Counted from the stretch's first letter, positions 9,390-19,405 are shown. The stretch: DNA of 50,035 nt from Flavobacteriales bacterium (GCA_044343855.1 JBIJDX010000001.1:1-50035); one strand, 5' to 3'. The notes: a model not told the origin generated them from the sequence alone. A program made the numbers and translations.

Positions 9390-9937
9390 ACGTGCTGACC
9401 ACTCCCCTCCCCGGACTTCTCCGGCTGGTTCCCACCCAATACGCGGATGACCGGGGCCGCTTCATTGTCACCTTCGACCAGCGCAGGTTCGATGAGGCCA
9501 TCGGGCATCCCGTCTCCTTCGTGCAGGACAACGAGAGCACCTCCGGCAGGGGCGTACTCCGCGGGTTGCACTTCCAGCTTCCCCCCCATGCCCAGGGCAA
9601 ACTCGTGCATGTGGTGCGTGGCCGTGTGCTCGACGTATGCGTGGACCTGCGGACTGAAAGTCCGACACACGGCCGGCATTACAAGCTGGTGCTGGATACG
9701 ATTACGAAGGAACAGCTCTGGATCCCCCCCGGGTTCGCTCACGGTTTCCTTGCCCTGGAGGAGGATACCATCTTCTCCTACAAGTGCACCGGATACTATG
9801 CCCCCTCGGCGGAGCGGTCGATACGCTGGAACGATCCGGACCTTGCCATCGACTGGGAATGCAGCGCACCTCTGATCAGCCCGAAGGACGCTGCCGCAGC
9901 CGCATTCGCCGATGGACCCTGGTGGCCTGCAGCCTGA
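9386..9937 (+). CDS. rfbC: dTDP-4-dehydrorhamnose 3,5-epimerase
   Basis: 183 aa. RmlC cupin motifs DDRGRF, GVLRGLHFQ and KLVHVVRGRVLDVCVDLR. Its start overlaps the wzc stop (ATGA). Confidence 0.9.
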   Translation: MNVLTTPLPGLLRLVPTQYADDRGRFIVTFDQRRFDEAIGHPVSFVQDNESTSGRGVLRGLHFQLPPHAQGKLVHVVRGRVLDVCVDLRTESPTHGRHYKLVLDTITKEQLWIPPGFAHGFLALEEDTIFSYKCTGYYAPSAERSIRWNDPDLAIDWECSAPLISPKDAAAAAFADGPWWPAA

Positions 9938-9941
9938 TGCC

Positions 9942-11024
9942 ATGTACAGCCCCACGCAACTCCTCCTCATCTATTCCGGGCTGTTCTTTGCCTCCCTGGT
10001 GTTCAGCATCCTTGTCAACTCCCTGTTCATGCGGTTCGCCCGCACCCTTGGCATCCGGGGAACCGACCACATGCTGGTGCGGTGGAGCAGTACGGCCAAG
10101 CCTGCGTTCGGCGGCATCGGATTCTTCATGCTCTTCCTGGTCAGTTTCACCCTGCATGGTGTCATTTTCCCCGGAAGGGCGGGCACCACCCTGCGACCAG
10201 AACTGTTCGGCCTGCTGGCATCCACCGCCCTCGGCTTCCTGATGGGATTGGCCGATGACGCCTACAACACGCGGCCCCTGCTGAAATTCCTGACCCAGGT
10301 GTCCTGCGGCGTGATCCTGATAGTGTCAGGAACCTGCATCGACCTGTTCGATGCTCACTGGGCGGACCAGTTGCTCACCGTCATCTGGGTGGTGGGAATG
10401 ATGAACTCGATCAACATGCTGGACAACATGGACGGCATCACCACGAGCGTAAGCATAGGCGTGCTCTGTGCCATACTCTTCCAGATGCAGGTGCTCCATG
10501 CGGATGAGACGGTCCATACCATCCTCATCATCGGAGTGCTTGCCGCCCTTTCCGGATTCCTGTTCTTCAACTGGCATCCCTCACGGATGTTCATGGGTGA
10601 TACGGGAAGCCAATTCCTTGGGGTGTTCCTCGCCTACCTCGCCATCCGTTTCCTTTGGAACACACCCTCCCCCGCAGGTGCCTGGGAGACACCCCGCCAG
10701 ATCGTCATGCCGCTCATCGCGTTGCTGCTACCCATCGTTGACACGACCGTTGTTTCCATCAACCGCATAGCTCGGGGCAGCTCACCGTTCGTTGGCGGCC
10801 GTGACCATACCACCCATCACCTGAGCTATGCCGGCCTTAGCGACGCGCAGGTGGCGCTGACCTTCGTGGGGCTCTCGATGCTGAACGTGTTCCTGGTGTT
10901 CGTGGCTTCCCGGTTCATCCAGGTATGGCAGAACTTCCACACCGCCCTGTACGTTGGGTATGCCGTGCTTGTGTTCGGCACGCTGTTCGCTCTCACCCTT
11001 CGTACCAGAAACGCACGCCGATGA
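9942..11024 (+). CDS. Polyprenyl-phosphate sugar-1-phosphate transferase (MraY/WecA family, glycosyl transferase family 4)
   Basis: ORF 9912..11024 was trimmed to the ATG at 9942, after the rfbC stop. It is polytopic, with motifs DDAYNTRP, NSINMLDNMDGIT and MGDTGSQFLG. Confidence 0.8.
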   Translation: MYSPTQLLLIYSGLFFASLVFSILVNSLFMRFARTLGIRGTDHMLVRWSSTAKPAFGGIGFFMLFLVSFTLHGVIFPGRAGTTLRPELFGLLASTALGFLMGLADDAYNTRPLLKFLTQVSCGVILIVSGTCIDLFDAHWADQLLTVIWVVGMMNSINMLDNMDGITTSVSIGVLCAILFQMQVLHADETVHTILIIGVLAALSGFLFFNWHPSRMFMGDTGSQFLGVFLAYLAIRFLWNTPSPAGAWETPRQIVMPLIALLLPIVDTTVVSINRIARGSSPFVGGRDHTTHHLSYAGLSDAQVALTFVGLSMLNVFLVFVASRFIQVWQNFHTALYVGYAVLVFGTLFALTLRTRNARR

Positions 11025-11995
11025 ACTCCCGCAACGGCATCGGAATGATCGCCAGGACCGGCCTGTGGTGCCTGCTGCTCCTGTCAGGAGCCCTTGGGGT
11101 GCACCTGTTCTCCTACTCCACGTCCGTGGAGAACAGCGACCTTGACCACCAGCGCCACTTCAACGACAGCTACAAGGTCTTCTCCCTGACGCTGCCCAAC
11201 CGCCTTGCCTTCTGCGACCATCCGGTGCCGATGGACCGCCTGGACGTGCGGGAGCGACTCGATCGCGAGCTGCTGGTGAACACCTACTGGCAAAGCAATA
11301 CCGTTCTGATGCACAAGCGAGCCCACCGCTGGTTCCCGCTGGTTTCCTCGGTGCTCGAAAAAGCCGGAGTACCCGACGACATGAAGTACATCGCCCTGGT
11401 AGAGAGCGGGTTCACGAATGTGGTCTCACCGGCCGGCGCCGCCGGCCCCTGGCAGTTCATGAAGGGCACGGCCATCGAACACGGCCTTGAGGTGAACGAC
11501 GAGGTGGATGAGCGCTACCACATGGAAAAGAGCACGGAAGCCGCTGCACGCTACCTGAAGCGCTCCCACGAGAAGTACGGCGATTGGGCACTTGCCGCGG
11601 CAGGCTACAACATGGGGACCGAAGGGTTGGCGCGCCACATGGAACAACAGGGGGGCAACAGCTACTTCGACCTTCAGCTCCCGGAGGAAACCGGGCGCTA
11701 CGTGTTCCGGATACTGGCCATCAAGGAGATCCTCCGGGACCCGGAACGATACGGGTTCCATATACGACCCCAGGACCTCTACCAGCCTTACCGAACCCGA
11801 AGCCTGGTGGTTGACGGACCCATTGCAGACCTGGCCGCATTTGCCCGTGAACAGGGAACCGACCTGCGGATGTTGAAGTTGCTCAACCCCTGGCTGCGTT
11901 CCAACAGGTTGACCAATGCCCAGCGACGGACCTATACCGTGCTGCTGCCAGCAGAGGATTTTGACGACGTGACCACAGGCAATGAAGAGCGCTGA
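11021..11995 (+). CDS. Lytic transglycosylase domain protein (MltD-like, SLT domain plus LysM-like tail)
   Basis: ORF 10925..11995 was trimmed to the ATG at 11021 (ATGA overlap with the upstream stop). It has a signal/TM segment and SLT motifs VESGFTNVVSPAGAAGPWQF and AAAGYNMG. Confidence 0.8.
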   Translation: MNSRNGIGMIARTGLWCLLLLSGALGVHLFSYSTSVENSDLDHQRHFNDSYKVFSLTLPNRLAFCDHPVPMDRLDVRERLDRELLVNTYWQSNTVLMHKRAHRWFPLVSSVLEKAGVPDDMKYIALVESGFTNVVSPAGAAGPWQFMKGTAIEHGLEVNDEVDERYHMEKSTEAAARYLKRSHEKYGDWALAAAGYNMGTEGLARHMEQQGGNSYFDLQLPEETGRYVFRILAIKEILRDPERYGFHIRPQDLYQPYRTRSLVVDGPIADLAAFAREQGTDLRMLKLLNPWLRSNRLTNAQRRTYTVLLPAEDFDDVTTGNEER

Positions 11996-14880
11996 TGGCA
12001 AGGAACAGGAAATTGCCCGCGGTGCAGCCTGAAACGGACCGGGAACAGGAGGAGCGGGAATACATCGAGGTGCAGGGTGCGCGGGTGCACAACCTGAAGG
12101 GCATCGATGTGCGCATACCCAGGGACCAGCTGGTGGTGATCACCGGACTCAGCGGCAGCGGCAAGAGCTCCCTGGCATTCGACACCATCCACGCCGAAGG
12201 TCAGCGCCGCTACATCGAGACCTTCAATGCCTATGCCCGCCAGTTCCTCGGCGCCATCGAACGTCCCGACGTGGATGCCATCACGGGACTGAGTCCGGTT
12301 ATCGCCATCGAGCAGAAGACCATCAGCCGAAACCCCCGCAGCACGGTGGGCACTATCACCGAGGTCTACGACCTGCTGCGACTTCTTTTCGCCCGCGCCG
12401 GGGAGGCGTACAGCCATGTGACCGGCGAACGCATGGTGCGCCACTCTGACAGCCAGATCCAGGAGATCATCCTTTCCGACTTCACGGGACGCGAGATACT
12501 GGTGCTTGCACCGCTGGTCCGTGGGCGGAAGGGGCACTACAAGGAGCTCTTCGACCAACTGCTCCGGCAGGGTTTCCTGCGGGCACGGGTGGATGGCGGG
12601 GTGGTCGACATCGCCGATCGTCCGCGGCTGGACCGTTACAAGCTGCACGACATCGAATTGGTCGTGGACAGATTGAAGGTGAGCGCTGCCAACGCCAAGC
12701 GCCTGGCGGAGACCTGTGCCACGGCCATGAAGTATGGCAAGGGTTCGCTCATGGTCGTCGGGGTGGACCACCACGAGCCGCGCTTCCTGAGCCGCCACCT
12801 GATGTGCCCCACCAGTGGCATCGCATACGAGGAGCCGGAACCCAACCTGTTCAGTTTCAACAGCCCCTATGGCGCATGTCCCACGTGCAGCGGATTGGGA
12901 CAGGTAACGGAGGTGGCGCTGGACAAGATCATACCCGACCGGAACAAGAGCATCCGGCGTGGTGCCTTCCTTCCCCTGGGTTCGTACAAGAGCAGTTGGA
13001 TATTCAAGCAGGTGGAGGCCGTACTGCAGCGGTTCGGACTAGACCTGGACAGTCCCGTTTCCGAGATGGACGACGCGGTCATATCCGCCCTGCTGAACGG
13101 GCTCGACGAGCCGCTCCGCGTGAGCAGCAGCATCGGGCTGAACGACCGCAATGTCCAGTTCGAGGGGATCATTCCCCATGTCATGGAGCAGGCGAACGAC
13201 GGCACCAAGGCGGCACAGAAATGGGCGGCCAGCTTCACGCACATGGTGGCATGTCCCCAATGCAAGGGTGCCCGCCTCAAGGAGAACGCCCTGCATTTCC
13301 GGCTGAACGGACGGAACATCCACCAGCTGGCCAGCATGAGCATCTCCGGGCTGCATGCCGAGATGGAGGGGCTCGCCGCCCACCTTGATGAGAAACAGGC
13401 GCTCATTGCCAATGAGGTCATCAAGGAGATCACCAGCCGCACGCGATTCCTCCTGGATGTGGGTCTCGACTACCTGACCCTGGACCGCAGTGCCCGCACA
13501 CTGAGCGGCGGCGAGGCGCAGCGCATCCGACTGGCAACCCAGATCGGCAGCCAGCTTACCGGTGTGCTCTACATCCTCGATGAACCCAGCATCGGCCTTC
13601 ACCCGCGTGACGACCGCCGGCTCATCGGCAGCCTGCGCGAACTGCGAGACGGCGGCAACAGTGTCCTGGTGGTGGAACACGACCGCGAGATGATGATGAG
13701 CGCCGATCACCTCATCGACATCGGGCCCGGAGCCGGTGAGCATGGTGGTCGCATCGTGGCGCAGGGCGATCCGCGTGACCTGGTGCAGGGGGAGAGCACC
13801 ACCGCGCGCTACCTGCGGGGCGACCTCCGCATACCTGTACCGGTCCAGCGCCGCACCGGCAACGGCAGGCAGCTTCTCCTCAGCGGTGCCAGTGGCCACA
13901 ACCTGAAGGACGTGGACCTGGGCCTGCCATTGGGAAGGTTCATCTGTGTCACCGGTGTCAGTGGCAGTGGGAAAAGCACCCTGGTCAGCGACACGCTCTA
14001 TCCCATCCTGGCAAGGCACTACCATCGCAGCGAGGCCCAGCCATTGCCCTACCGCAGCATAAAGGGACTGGAGCACATCGACAAGGTCATCGAGGTGGAC
14101 CAAAGTCCGATCGGACGCACCCCGCGGAGCAATCCGGCCACCTACACCGGTCTCTTCGACCACATCCGCGAGCTGTACGCCCAGCTTCCCGCAGCGAAGA
14201 TCCGTGGATACAAGGCCGGGCGTTTCAGCTTCAACACCGCAGGTGGGCGGTGTGAAACGTGCAAAGGTGCTGGTGTACGCACCATCGAGATGAATTTCCT
14301 GCCCGACGTGAACGTGCCTTGCGAAACCTGCAGGGGCCGCCGCTACGACCGGGAGACCTTGGAAGTGCGCTACAAGGGGCGCAGCATCGCAGATGTACTA
14401 TCCATGCCCGTGGAACAAGCCGCCGTCCATTTCGCCGACATCCCGATGATCGCGCAGAAGCTCCGGACACTGCTGGATGTAGGCCTCGGCTATGTGACCC
14501 TGGGCCAGAGCAGCACCACCCTGAGCGGAGGAGAGGCACAGCGCATCAAGCTGGCCAGCGAGTTGAGCAAACGCGATACGGGCCGGACGTTCTACATACT
14601 CGACGAGCCCACCACAGGCCTTCACTTCGACGACGTGCGGCAGCTGATATCGGTACTGGACAGGTTGGTGGACCAAGGCAACACCGTACTGGTCATAGAG
14701 CACAACATGGACATCATCAAGGTGGCGGACCACGTCATCGACATGGGTCCGGAGGGGGGACAGGGTGGAGGAACCGTGGTGGCACGCGGAACGCCCGAGG
14801 AGGTTGTACTGATGGGGCGCGGACATACTGCGGCATTCCTTGCCACCGAATTGGACCGTGCCACATCCGCATCATTCTGA
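11995..14880 (+). CDS. uvrA: Excinuclease ABC subunit A
   Basis: 961 aa. Two ABC modules (GLSGSGKSS and GVSGSGKST), LSGGE signatures, and zinc-finger CxxC pairs. The start overlaps the upstream stop (TGATG). Confidence 0.97.
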   Translation: MARNRKLPAVQPETDREQEEREYIEVQGARVHNLKGIDVRIPRDQLVVITGLSGSGKSSLAFDTIHAEGQRRYIETFNAYARQFLGAIERPDVDAITGLSPVIAIEQKTISRNPRSTVGTITEVYDLLRLLFARAGEAYSHVTGERMVRHSDSQIQEIILSDFTGREILVLAPLVRGRKGHYKELFDQLLRQGFLRARVDGGVVDIADRPRLDRYKLHDIELVVDRLKVSAANAKRLAETCATAMKYGKGSLMVVGVDHHEPRFLSRHLMCPTSGIAYEEPEPNLFSFNSPYGACPTCSGLGQVTEVALDKIIPDRNKSIRRGAFLPLGSYKSSWIFKQVEAVLQRFGLDLDSPVSEMDDAVISALLNGLDEPLRVSSSIGLNDRNVQFEGIIPHVMEQANDGTKAAQKWAASFTHMVACPQCKGARLKENALHFRLNGRNIHQLASMSISGLHAEMEGLAAHLDEKQALIANEVIKEITSRTRFLLDVGLDYLTLDRSARTLSGGEAQRIRLATQIGSQLTGVLYILDEPSIGLHPRDDRRLIGSLRELRDGGNSVLVVEHDREMMMSADHLIDIGPGAGEHGGRIVAQGDPRDLVQGESTTARYLRGDLRIPVPVQRRTGNGRQLLLSGASGHNLKDVDLGLPLGRFICVTGVSGSGKSTLVSDTLYPILARHYHRSEAQPLPYRSIKGLEHIDKVIEVDQSPIGRTPRSNPATYTGLFDHIRELYAQLPAAKIRGYKAGRFSFNTAGGRCETCKGAGVRTIEMNFLPDVNVPCETCRGRRYDRETLEVRYKGRSIADVLSMPVEQAAVHFADIPMIAQKLRTLLDVGLGYVTLGQSSTTLSGGEAQRIKLASELSKRDTGRTFYILDEPTTGLHFDDVRQLISVLDRLVDQGNTVLVIEHNMDIIKVADHVIDMGPEGGQGGGTVVARGTPEEVVLMGRGHTAAFLATELDRATSASF

Positions 14881-14896
14881 CAAACCAGCGCGAACC

Positions 14897-15631
14897 ATGA
14901 GAAGCCGCAGGAGCGAGCCCAACGATGAGAGCGAACGCCGCATCAAACGCGCATTCAAGCGGCGCGGTTGGAGCGAGGTGAAAGCGAACGACAGCTGGGC
15001 GATCTTCAAGATCATGAGCGAGTTCGTTGAGGGCTTCGAAGCCATGCAGCGCATCAGGCCCTGTGTGAGCATTTTCGGCAGCGCGCGCACAAAACCCGAT
15101 GCGGTGGAATACGAACTCGCCGAGGAGATCGCCTACCAGCTCACCCAAAGCGGATACGGCGTGATCACCGGTGGCGGACCAGGCATCATGGAGGCGGCCA
15201 ACAAGGGTGCACAGCGGGGAGGCGGGACCAGTGTCGGGCTCAACATCGAGCTTCCCTTCGAGCAGTCATCCAATCCCTATGTGGACAAGGAAAAGAGCCT
15301 CCACTTCGACTACTTCTTCGTCCGCAAGGTGATGTTCACCAAATACAGCCAGGGCTTCATCGTCCTGCCCGGCGGGTTCGGCACGCTGGACGAACTGTTC
15401 GAAGCGCTCACCCTCATCCAGACGGAGAAGATCGGCCGCTTTCCCATCATCCTCGTGGGATCCGCCTACTGGAAGGGACTGCTCGAATGGATACAACGCA
15501 CCATGGGCGAACGCCATGCATACATCAACGGTCAGGACCTGGACCTCATCACCCTGGTGGATGCGCCCGCGGAGGCCGTGGCGGCCATCAACCGCTTCTA
15601 CAGCAAATACCTGTTGAAGCCCAACTACTGA
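14897..15631 (+). CDS. LOG family / TIGR00730 Rossmann-fold nucleotide-binding protein
   Basis: ORF 14840..15631 was trimmed to the ATG at 14897, after the uvrA stop. Motifs are GGGPGIMEA and PGGFGTLDELFE. Confidence 0.85.
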   Translation: MRSRRSEPNDESERRIKRAFKRRGWSEVKANDSWAIFKIMSEFVEGFEAMQRIRPCVSIFGSARTKPDAVEYELAEEIAYQLTQSGYGVITGGGPGIMEAANKGAQRGGGTSVGLNIELPFEQSSNPYVDKEKSLHFDYFFVRKVMFTKYSQGFIVLPGGFGTLDELFEALTLIQTEKIGRFPIILVGSAYWKGLLEWIQRTMGERHAYINGQDLDLITLVDAPAEAVAAINRFYSKYLLKPNY

Positions 15632-15709
15632 GGACCAGCACGAAGCGTTCAACAGTGGCCTGTTGGTAGTTGACGCAGGGCAGGCATGGACCACGGCTGA
15701 GGGTGCGGA

Positions 15710-15717
15710 TACTTTTG
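15710..15717 (+). promoter_or_regulatory. Candidate -7 box (TACTTTTG) upstream of the SPOR gene pair
   Basis: Exact TAnnTTTG match lying 52 nt upstream of the ATG at 15769 in a 137-bp intergenic gap. Confidence 0.4.
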
Positions 15718-15768
15718 GGCGCCACGTGTGCATGACACGTACGTTCATTCACCGATCCACCACGACCC

Positions 15769-17223
15769 ATGGTTCCAAAGCTGGTGCTGTTCGCCAATCT
15801 GTTCGGCCTCTTCCTTGTTGATGCCTTCCTGGCGGATGGTGTGCGCATCGAACAAACCCTTCCGGCGAACATGTCACCCGGTTCCGAAGTGCGGGTGAAC
15901 GTCACGGTGGAGAAAGGGGACCTGACCGGTTTTGCGAAGTTCCAGCTGGACATGCCGCCCGGTTTGAGCGTGACGGCCATTGAAACGAAAGGAGCCTCGT
16001 TCACCTTTGCAGACAACAAGGCGAAGTTCATCTGGATGTCACTGCCGGCCGGTCCCAGTTTCACGTTCAGCTACACGCTTGTGGCCGACGCCTCTGCACG
16101 GGGGGCACTGGCCATATCCGGGCGGCTCTCGTACATCGAGGACAACGAGCGGAAGACACATGACATCCCCACCCATTCGGTGAATGTGGCAGTGGGAAGC
16201 CCCGCCCCGATAACGGCGGATGATACGGCGGCCGATGCGAACGACCTGGTATCCGCATCAGCCGGTGCCTCTCCGCCATCGGCTGGCAGCGTGCCCATGG
16301 TGGTGGTCGATGCGGCAGGTATTCCGCCAGCGCAGGGCCAGGGGGGGGTCAGTGCGGCCCGCACCATCACGCCTGTTTCCGACAAGGAACTATTGGTGGA
16401 GGTGCTCATATCCAAGGGATCCATCCGCGGGTTCGGCAAATTGCAGGAGACCATCCCCGCAGGCTTCTCGGCACTGGAGAAGAGCAGTGATGAAGCGATC
16501 TTCACCGCACAGGAACGGGTGGTGAAGTTCGTCTGGCTGAACCTGCCTGCCAGGGACGAGGTACGCGTTGTGTACAAGCTGCGTGCGACCGGTCAGCCGG
16601 ATGGTGAATACAGCGTGGATGGCGAGTTCGGATACCTGTTGAATGACGAGACCCAGAAGGCCGTGGTGGGCTCGTCCCGCTTCTATGTCGGTCCCAAGGC
16701 AATGGAGCTGATGGGCAATGATGCGGCGGTCATCGCCACGATCGAGGGCGGCGATGGCCAGCTCGACCTTGCCGTGAAGCAGCCTCCGGCAGAGCCCACC
16801 ACGGCCGCAGAGCCTGTAGCAGAAACACCCAGGAACGACCCACCGGCCACCGAACGCTCACGCACGCGCCGATCGACCTCCAGCTCTGCGGACACCCCTT
16901 CCAACAGAGTGACGGGCACTCCATCCCCGGAACGCGGGGTTGTCTTCAAGGTTCAGATAGCAGCAGGGCACCGCGAGGTGGGCAAGGCGTATTTCGCTGA
17001 AAAGCACCGCTACTCGGGAGACCTCCAGATCGAACGTCATGAGGGATGGATCAAGTACGTGACCGGCCGCCATACCACCTACCGGGAGGCACGTGACCAA
17101 CGCATTAACTTCGTGAACGGGGGCCATGGCTTCCCCGGGCCTTTCGTCACCGCATACAACAATGGCGAGCGTATCACCGTACAGGAGGCTCTGATGATCA
17201 CGCAACAGGAGTGGGTACAGTGA
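15769..17223 (+). CDS. Secreted SPOR-domain protein with a duplicated N-terminal domain
   Basis: 484 aa with a signal-like N-terminus. Two roughly 110-aa segments align by eye (KG..GF.K.Q...P.G.S...F....KF.W..LPA). It has Pro/Ala/Thr-rich linkers and a C-terminal SPOR-like fold (VFKVQIAAG...GWIKYVTG...ARD). Confidence 0.75.
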   Translation: MVPKLVLFANLFGLFLVDAFLADGVRIEQTLPANMSPGSEVRVNVTVEKGDLTGFAKFQLDMPPGLSVTAIETKGASFTFADNKAKFIWMSLPAGPSFTFSYTLVADASARGALAISGRLSYIEDNERKTHDIPTHSVNVAVGSPAPITADDTAADANDLVSASAGASPPSAGSVPMVVVDAAGIPPAQGQGGVSAARTITPVSDKELLVEVLISKGSIRGFGKLQETIPAGFSALEKSSDEAIFTAQERVVKFVWLNLPARDEVRVVYKLRATGQPDGEYSVDGEFGYLLNDETQKAVVGSSRFYVGPKAMELMGNDAAVIATIEGGDGQLDLAVKQPPAEPTTAAEPVAETPRNDPPATERSRTRRSTSSSADTPSNRVTGTPSPERGVVFKVQIAAGHREVGKAYFAEKHRYSGDLQIERHEGWIKYVTGRHTTYREARDQRINFVNGGHGFPGPFVTAYNNGERITVQEALMITQQEWVQ

Positions 17224-17230
17224 CACATCG

Positions 17231-19366
17231 ATGATCCCAATGGCGGCCGGTACAAGCCAACCACCAGCGGCCCGCTGTCTTGCAGTGGCGATGGCCTTGA
17301 GTGCGCTGCTGCTCCCGGCTCAGGCCCAGCAGGACTCCATCGCCCAACCGATGGTCGCAGCGCCCGCGGCCGAGGTCATTGTGCCACCTCCAGGACCAGG
17401 TGTGCGCCCCACGTTGGGTCTCGGGGTGGGCATGTTCGCCTTCTTCGGTGATGTGGGCAGGCAGCACGCCGAATACAGCGCCCTCCTCGCCCGGCCCGCA
17501 TTCGACCTGCGCGCCACCGTGCCACTGAACAACTGGCTGGAAGCCGGGCTCTACGCGCTGCACGGCAGACTGGGTGTGAATGAGCGCAGCCTTTCCCGCT
17601 CCCTCAATTTCGAATCACGCATCACGATCGGGGGCTTCCAGTTCCGGTACAATTTCCTCCAGTTGCTCAACAGGGACCGGCGTGTGGAGCCCTACATCAC
17701 GGTCGGATTCGAAAGTGTGGAGTTCCTCACCAAGACCGACCTCCGGGATCGTGAGGGACGCACCTACCACTATTGGAGCGATGGCAGCATCCGTGACCGC
17801 TCGGAGGATGATCCGTTCGCCGCCCAGGCTTCGGTGATCCAGCGGGACTATGTCTACGAAAGTGATGTCCGGGAACTGAACGTGGACGGCTTTGGCAAGT
17901 ACCCGGAACGCACCTGGGCCGTGCCTGCCGGAATTGGTGCCCGAATGGACCTGGGGGGAGGTTTTGACTTCCGCATAGGCACCACCATGCACTTCACACT
18001 GACAGATCTGGTGGATGGTGTCTCGGACAATAGCCTGGGTGAACGGCGCGGGGCTGCCGGCAACGACAGGTTCCTGTACTCCTCCTTCTCGATCGGCTAT
18101 GCTGTTCCCATTGCACCGCGTGCCAAACGCAGCAAGGCGACTCCCTTGAACAGCGAGGAGCTGGACCTCATCGTGCTGCAGGATGATGAGGATTCGGACG
18201 GCGTGAAGGACATGTACGACAAGTGCCCGGGAACTCCCGCAGGCATCGCGGTGGATGTATCGGGCTGTCCCATCGATGGCGATGGGGATGGGGTGCCGGA
18301 CCACCAGGACGACGAGCCCGGAACTCTGGCAGGCGCCATCGTGGATGCGCACGGGGTGACGATAAGCGATGCCGCGCTGCTCAAGCGCCATCTCAACTTC
18401 CTCGATTCTGGCGCGGTGAACATGGTCACATCCTCGGTCGCATCGTTCGGACCGGCTCCGAAACCCAGACCCATCGCTGCGCAGTCAAAACGGGTCTACG
18501 TGGTGAAGGTGGGTGGTCAGGTGGAGGGCATCAGCGAGGAGCTCATGCAGCGCATCCTGAGCCTGCCGGATGTGCGCACTGTGGAAAATGGTGACACCAC
18601 CTTCTATGTGGTGGGCAGTTTTGATGGCATACCGGAAGCCCTGAGGCGGGAATTGGAGCTTCGTGGCATGGGCATCGAAAGCAGGGTGATGGCGGAGGAG
18701 AACGGTCGGCTGCTGGAGGTGGGTGGAGAGATCGGAACCGAGCGCGAGCGTAAACGCGGCATGGGGGCTGTTGATGACAGCCGTGATGTGATCATCCGTG
18801 TACAGCTGGGAGCCTTCCGCAAACCATTGTCCCGGAACATCTTCCGCGATGTGCCCGACCTGGTGTCCATCCGCGGTGACGATGGCCTCATGCGTTATTA
18901 CACCGGATCGTTCACCAGCGTGAACGATGCCGCCGCGCACAAGGTGGAGATGTTGCTGCAAGGCTTTGAGGGTGCCTTCCTGGTGGCATTCAAGCAGGGA
19001 AAGCGCGTCAGCATGAAGGAAGCCGGAGCGATCCTGACCGGTCCTGAGGATGTGCGCACATTACCCTCCAACAATGTGGACCGCACGAGCATCAGGTTCC
19101 GCGTGCAGATGGGGTCGTTCGTGGGATCCGTAAATGCTGTGCCGGCCGAGACCATGGGCAAGTACGTGGAGATCGGAGATGTGGAGCCTGTCATCCGACC
19201 CGATGGCGTGCGATTTTTCCATGGTCGGTTCAGCAGTCGGGCGGAGGCGGAGATCGCGCGTGAGCGCATCAGGGCCATGGGCCTCGTGGATGCGTTCGTG
19301 GTGGGCGAGATGAACGGCTACATCCTTCCCGCCGATGATGCCGAAAGCCTGCAGCAGGGCCGCTGA
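17231..19366 (+). CDS. Outer-membrane beta-barrel protein with thrombospondin type 3 repeats and three SPOR-like domains
   Basis: 711 aa. Signal peptide, alternating-hydrophobic barrel strands, DxDxDG calcium-binding repeats (DSDGVKDMYDKCPGTP, DGDGDGVPDHQDDEP), then three segments of the VQLGAF / VQMGSF SPOR type. It starts 7 nt after the previous stop. Confidence 0.75.
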   Translation: MIPMAAGTSQPPAARCLAVAMALSALLLPAQAQQDSIAQPMVAAPAAEVIVPPPGPGVRPTLGLGVGMFAFFGDVGRQHAEYSALLARPAFDLRATVPLNNWLEAGLYALHGRLGVNERSLSRSLNFESRITIGGFQFRYNFLQLLNRDRRVEPYITVGFESVEFLTKTDLRDREGRTYHYWSDGSIRDRSEDDPFAAQASVIQRDYVYESDVRELNVDGFGKYPERTWAVPAGIGARMDLGGGFDFRIGTTMHFTLTDLVDGVSDNSLGERRGAAGNDRFLYSSFSIGYAVPIAPRAKRSKATPLNSEELDLIVLQDDEDSDGVKDMYDKCPGTPAGIAVDVSGCPIDGDGDGVPDHQDDEPGTLAGAIVDAHGVTISDAALLKRHLNFLDSGAVNMVTSSVASFGPAPKPRPIAAQSKRVYVVKVGGQVEGISEELMQRILSLPDVRTVENGDTTFYVVGSFDGIPEALRRELELRGMGIESRVMAEENGRLLEVGGEIGTERERKRGMGAVDDSRDVIIRVQLGAFRKPLSRNIFRDVPDLVSIRGDDGLMRYYTGSFTSVNDAAAHKVEMLLQGFEGAFLVAFKQGKRVSMKEAGAILTGPEDVRTLPSNNVDRTSIRFRVQMGSFVGSVNAVPAETMGKYVEIGDVEPVIRPDGVRFFHGRFSSRAEAEIARERIRAMGLVDAFVVGEMNGYILPADDAESLQQGR

Positions 19367-19405
19367 TCCATAGCGGCAGGACCGTCGGGCAGCCCTGTAC
19401 CTGCG

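Noticed and set aside
4756-14163. Further long antisense ORFs: 4756-6045, 6927-8117 and 13039-14163. The same class also occurs at 20726-21682, 38289-39089, 39620-40567, 40844-41656, 42287-43291, 45150-45956 and 49086-49988.
   Set aside because: All lie opposite confidently identified genes, have low-complexity GC-driven composition, and lack any family signature I can recognise.
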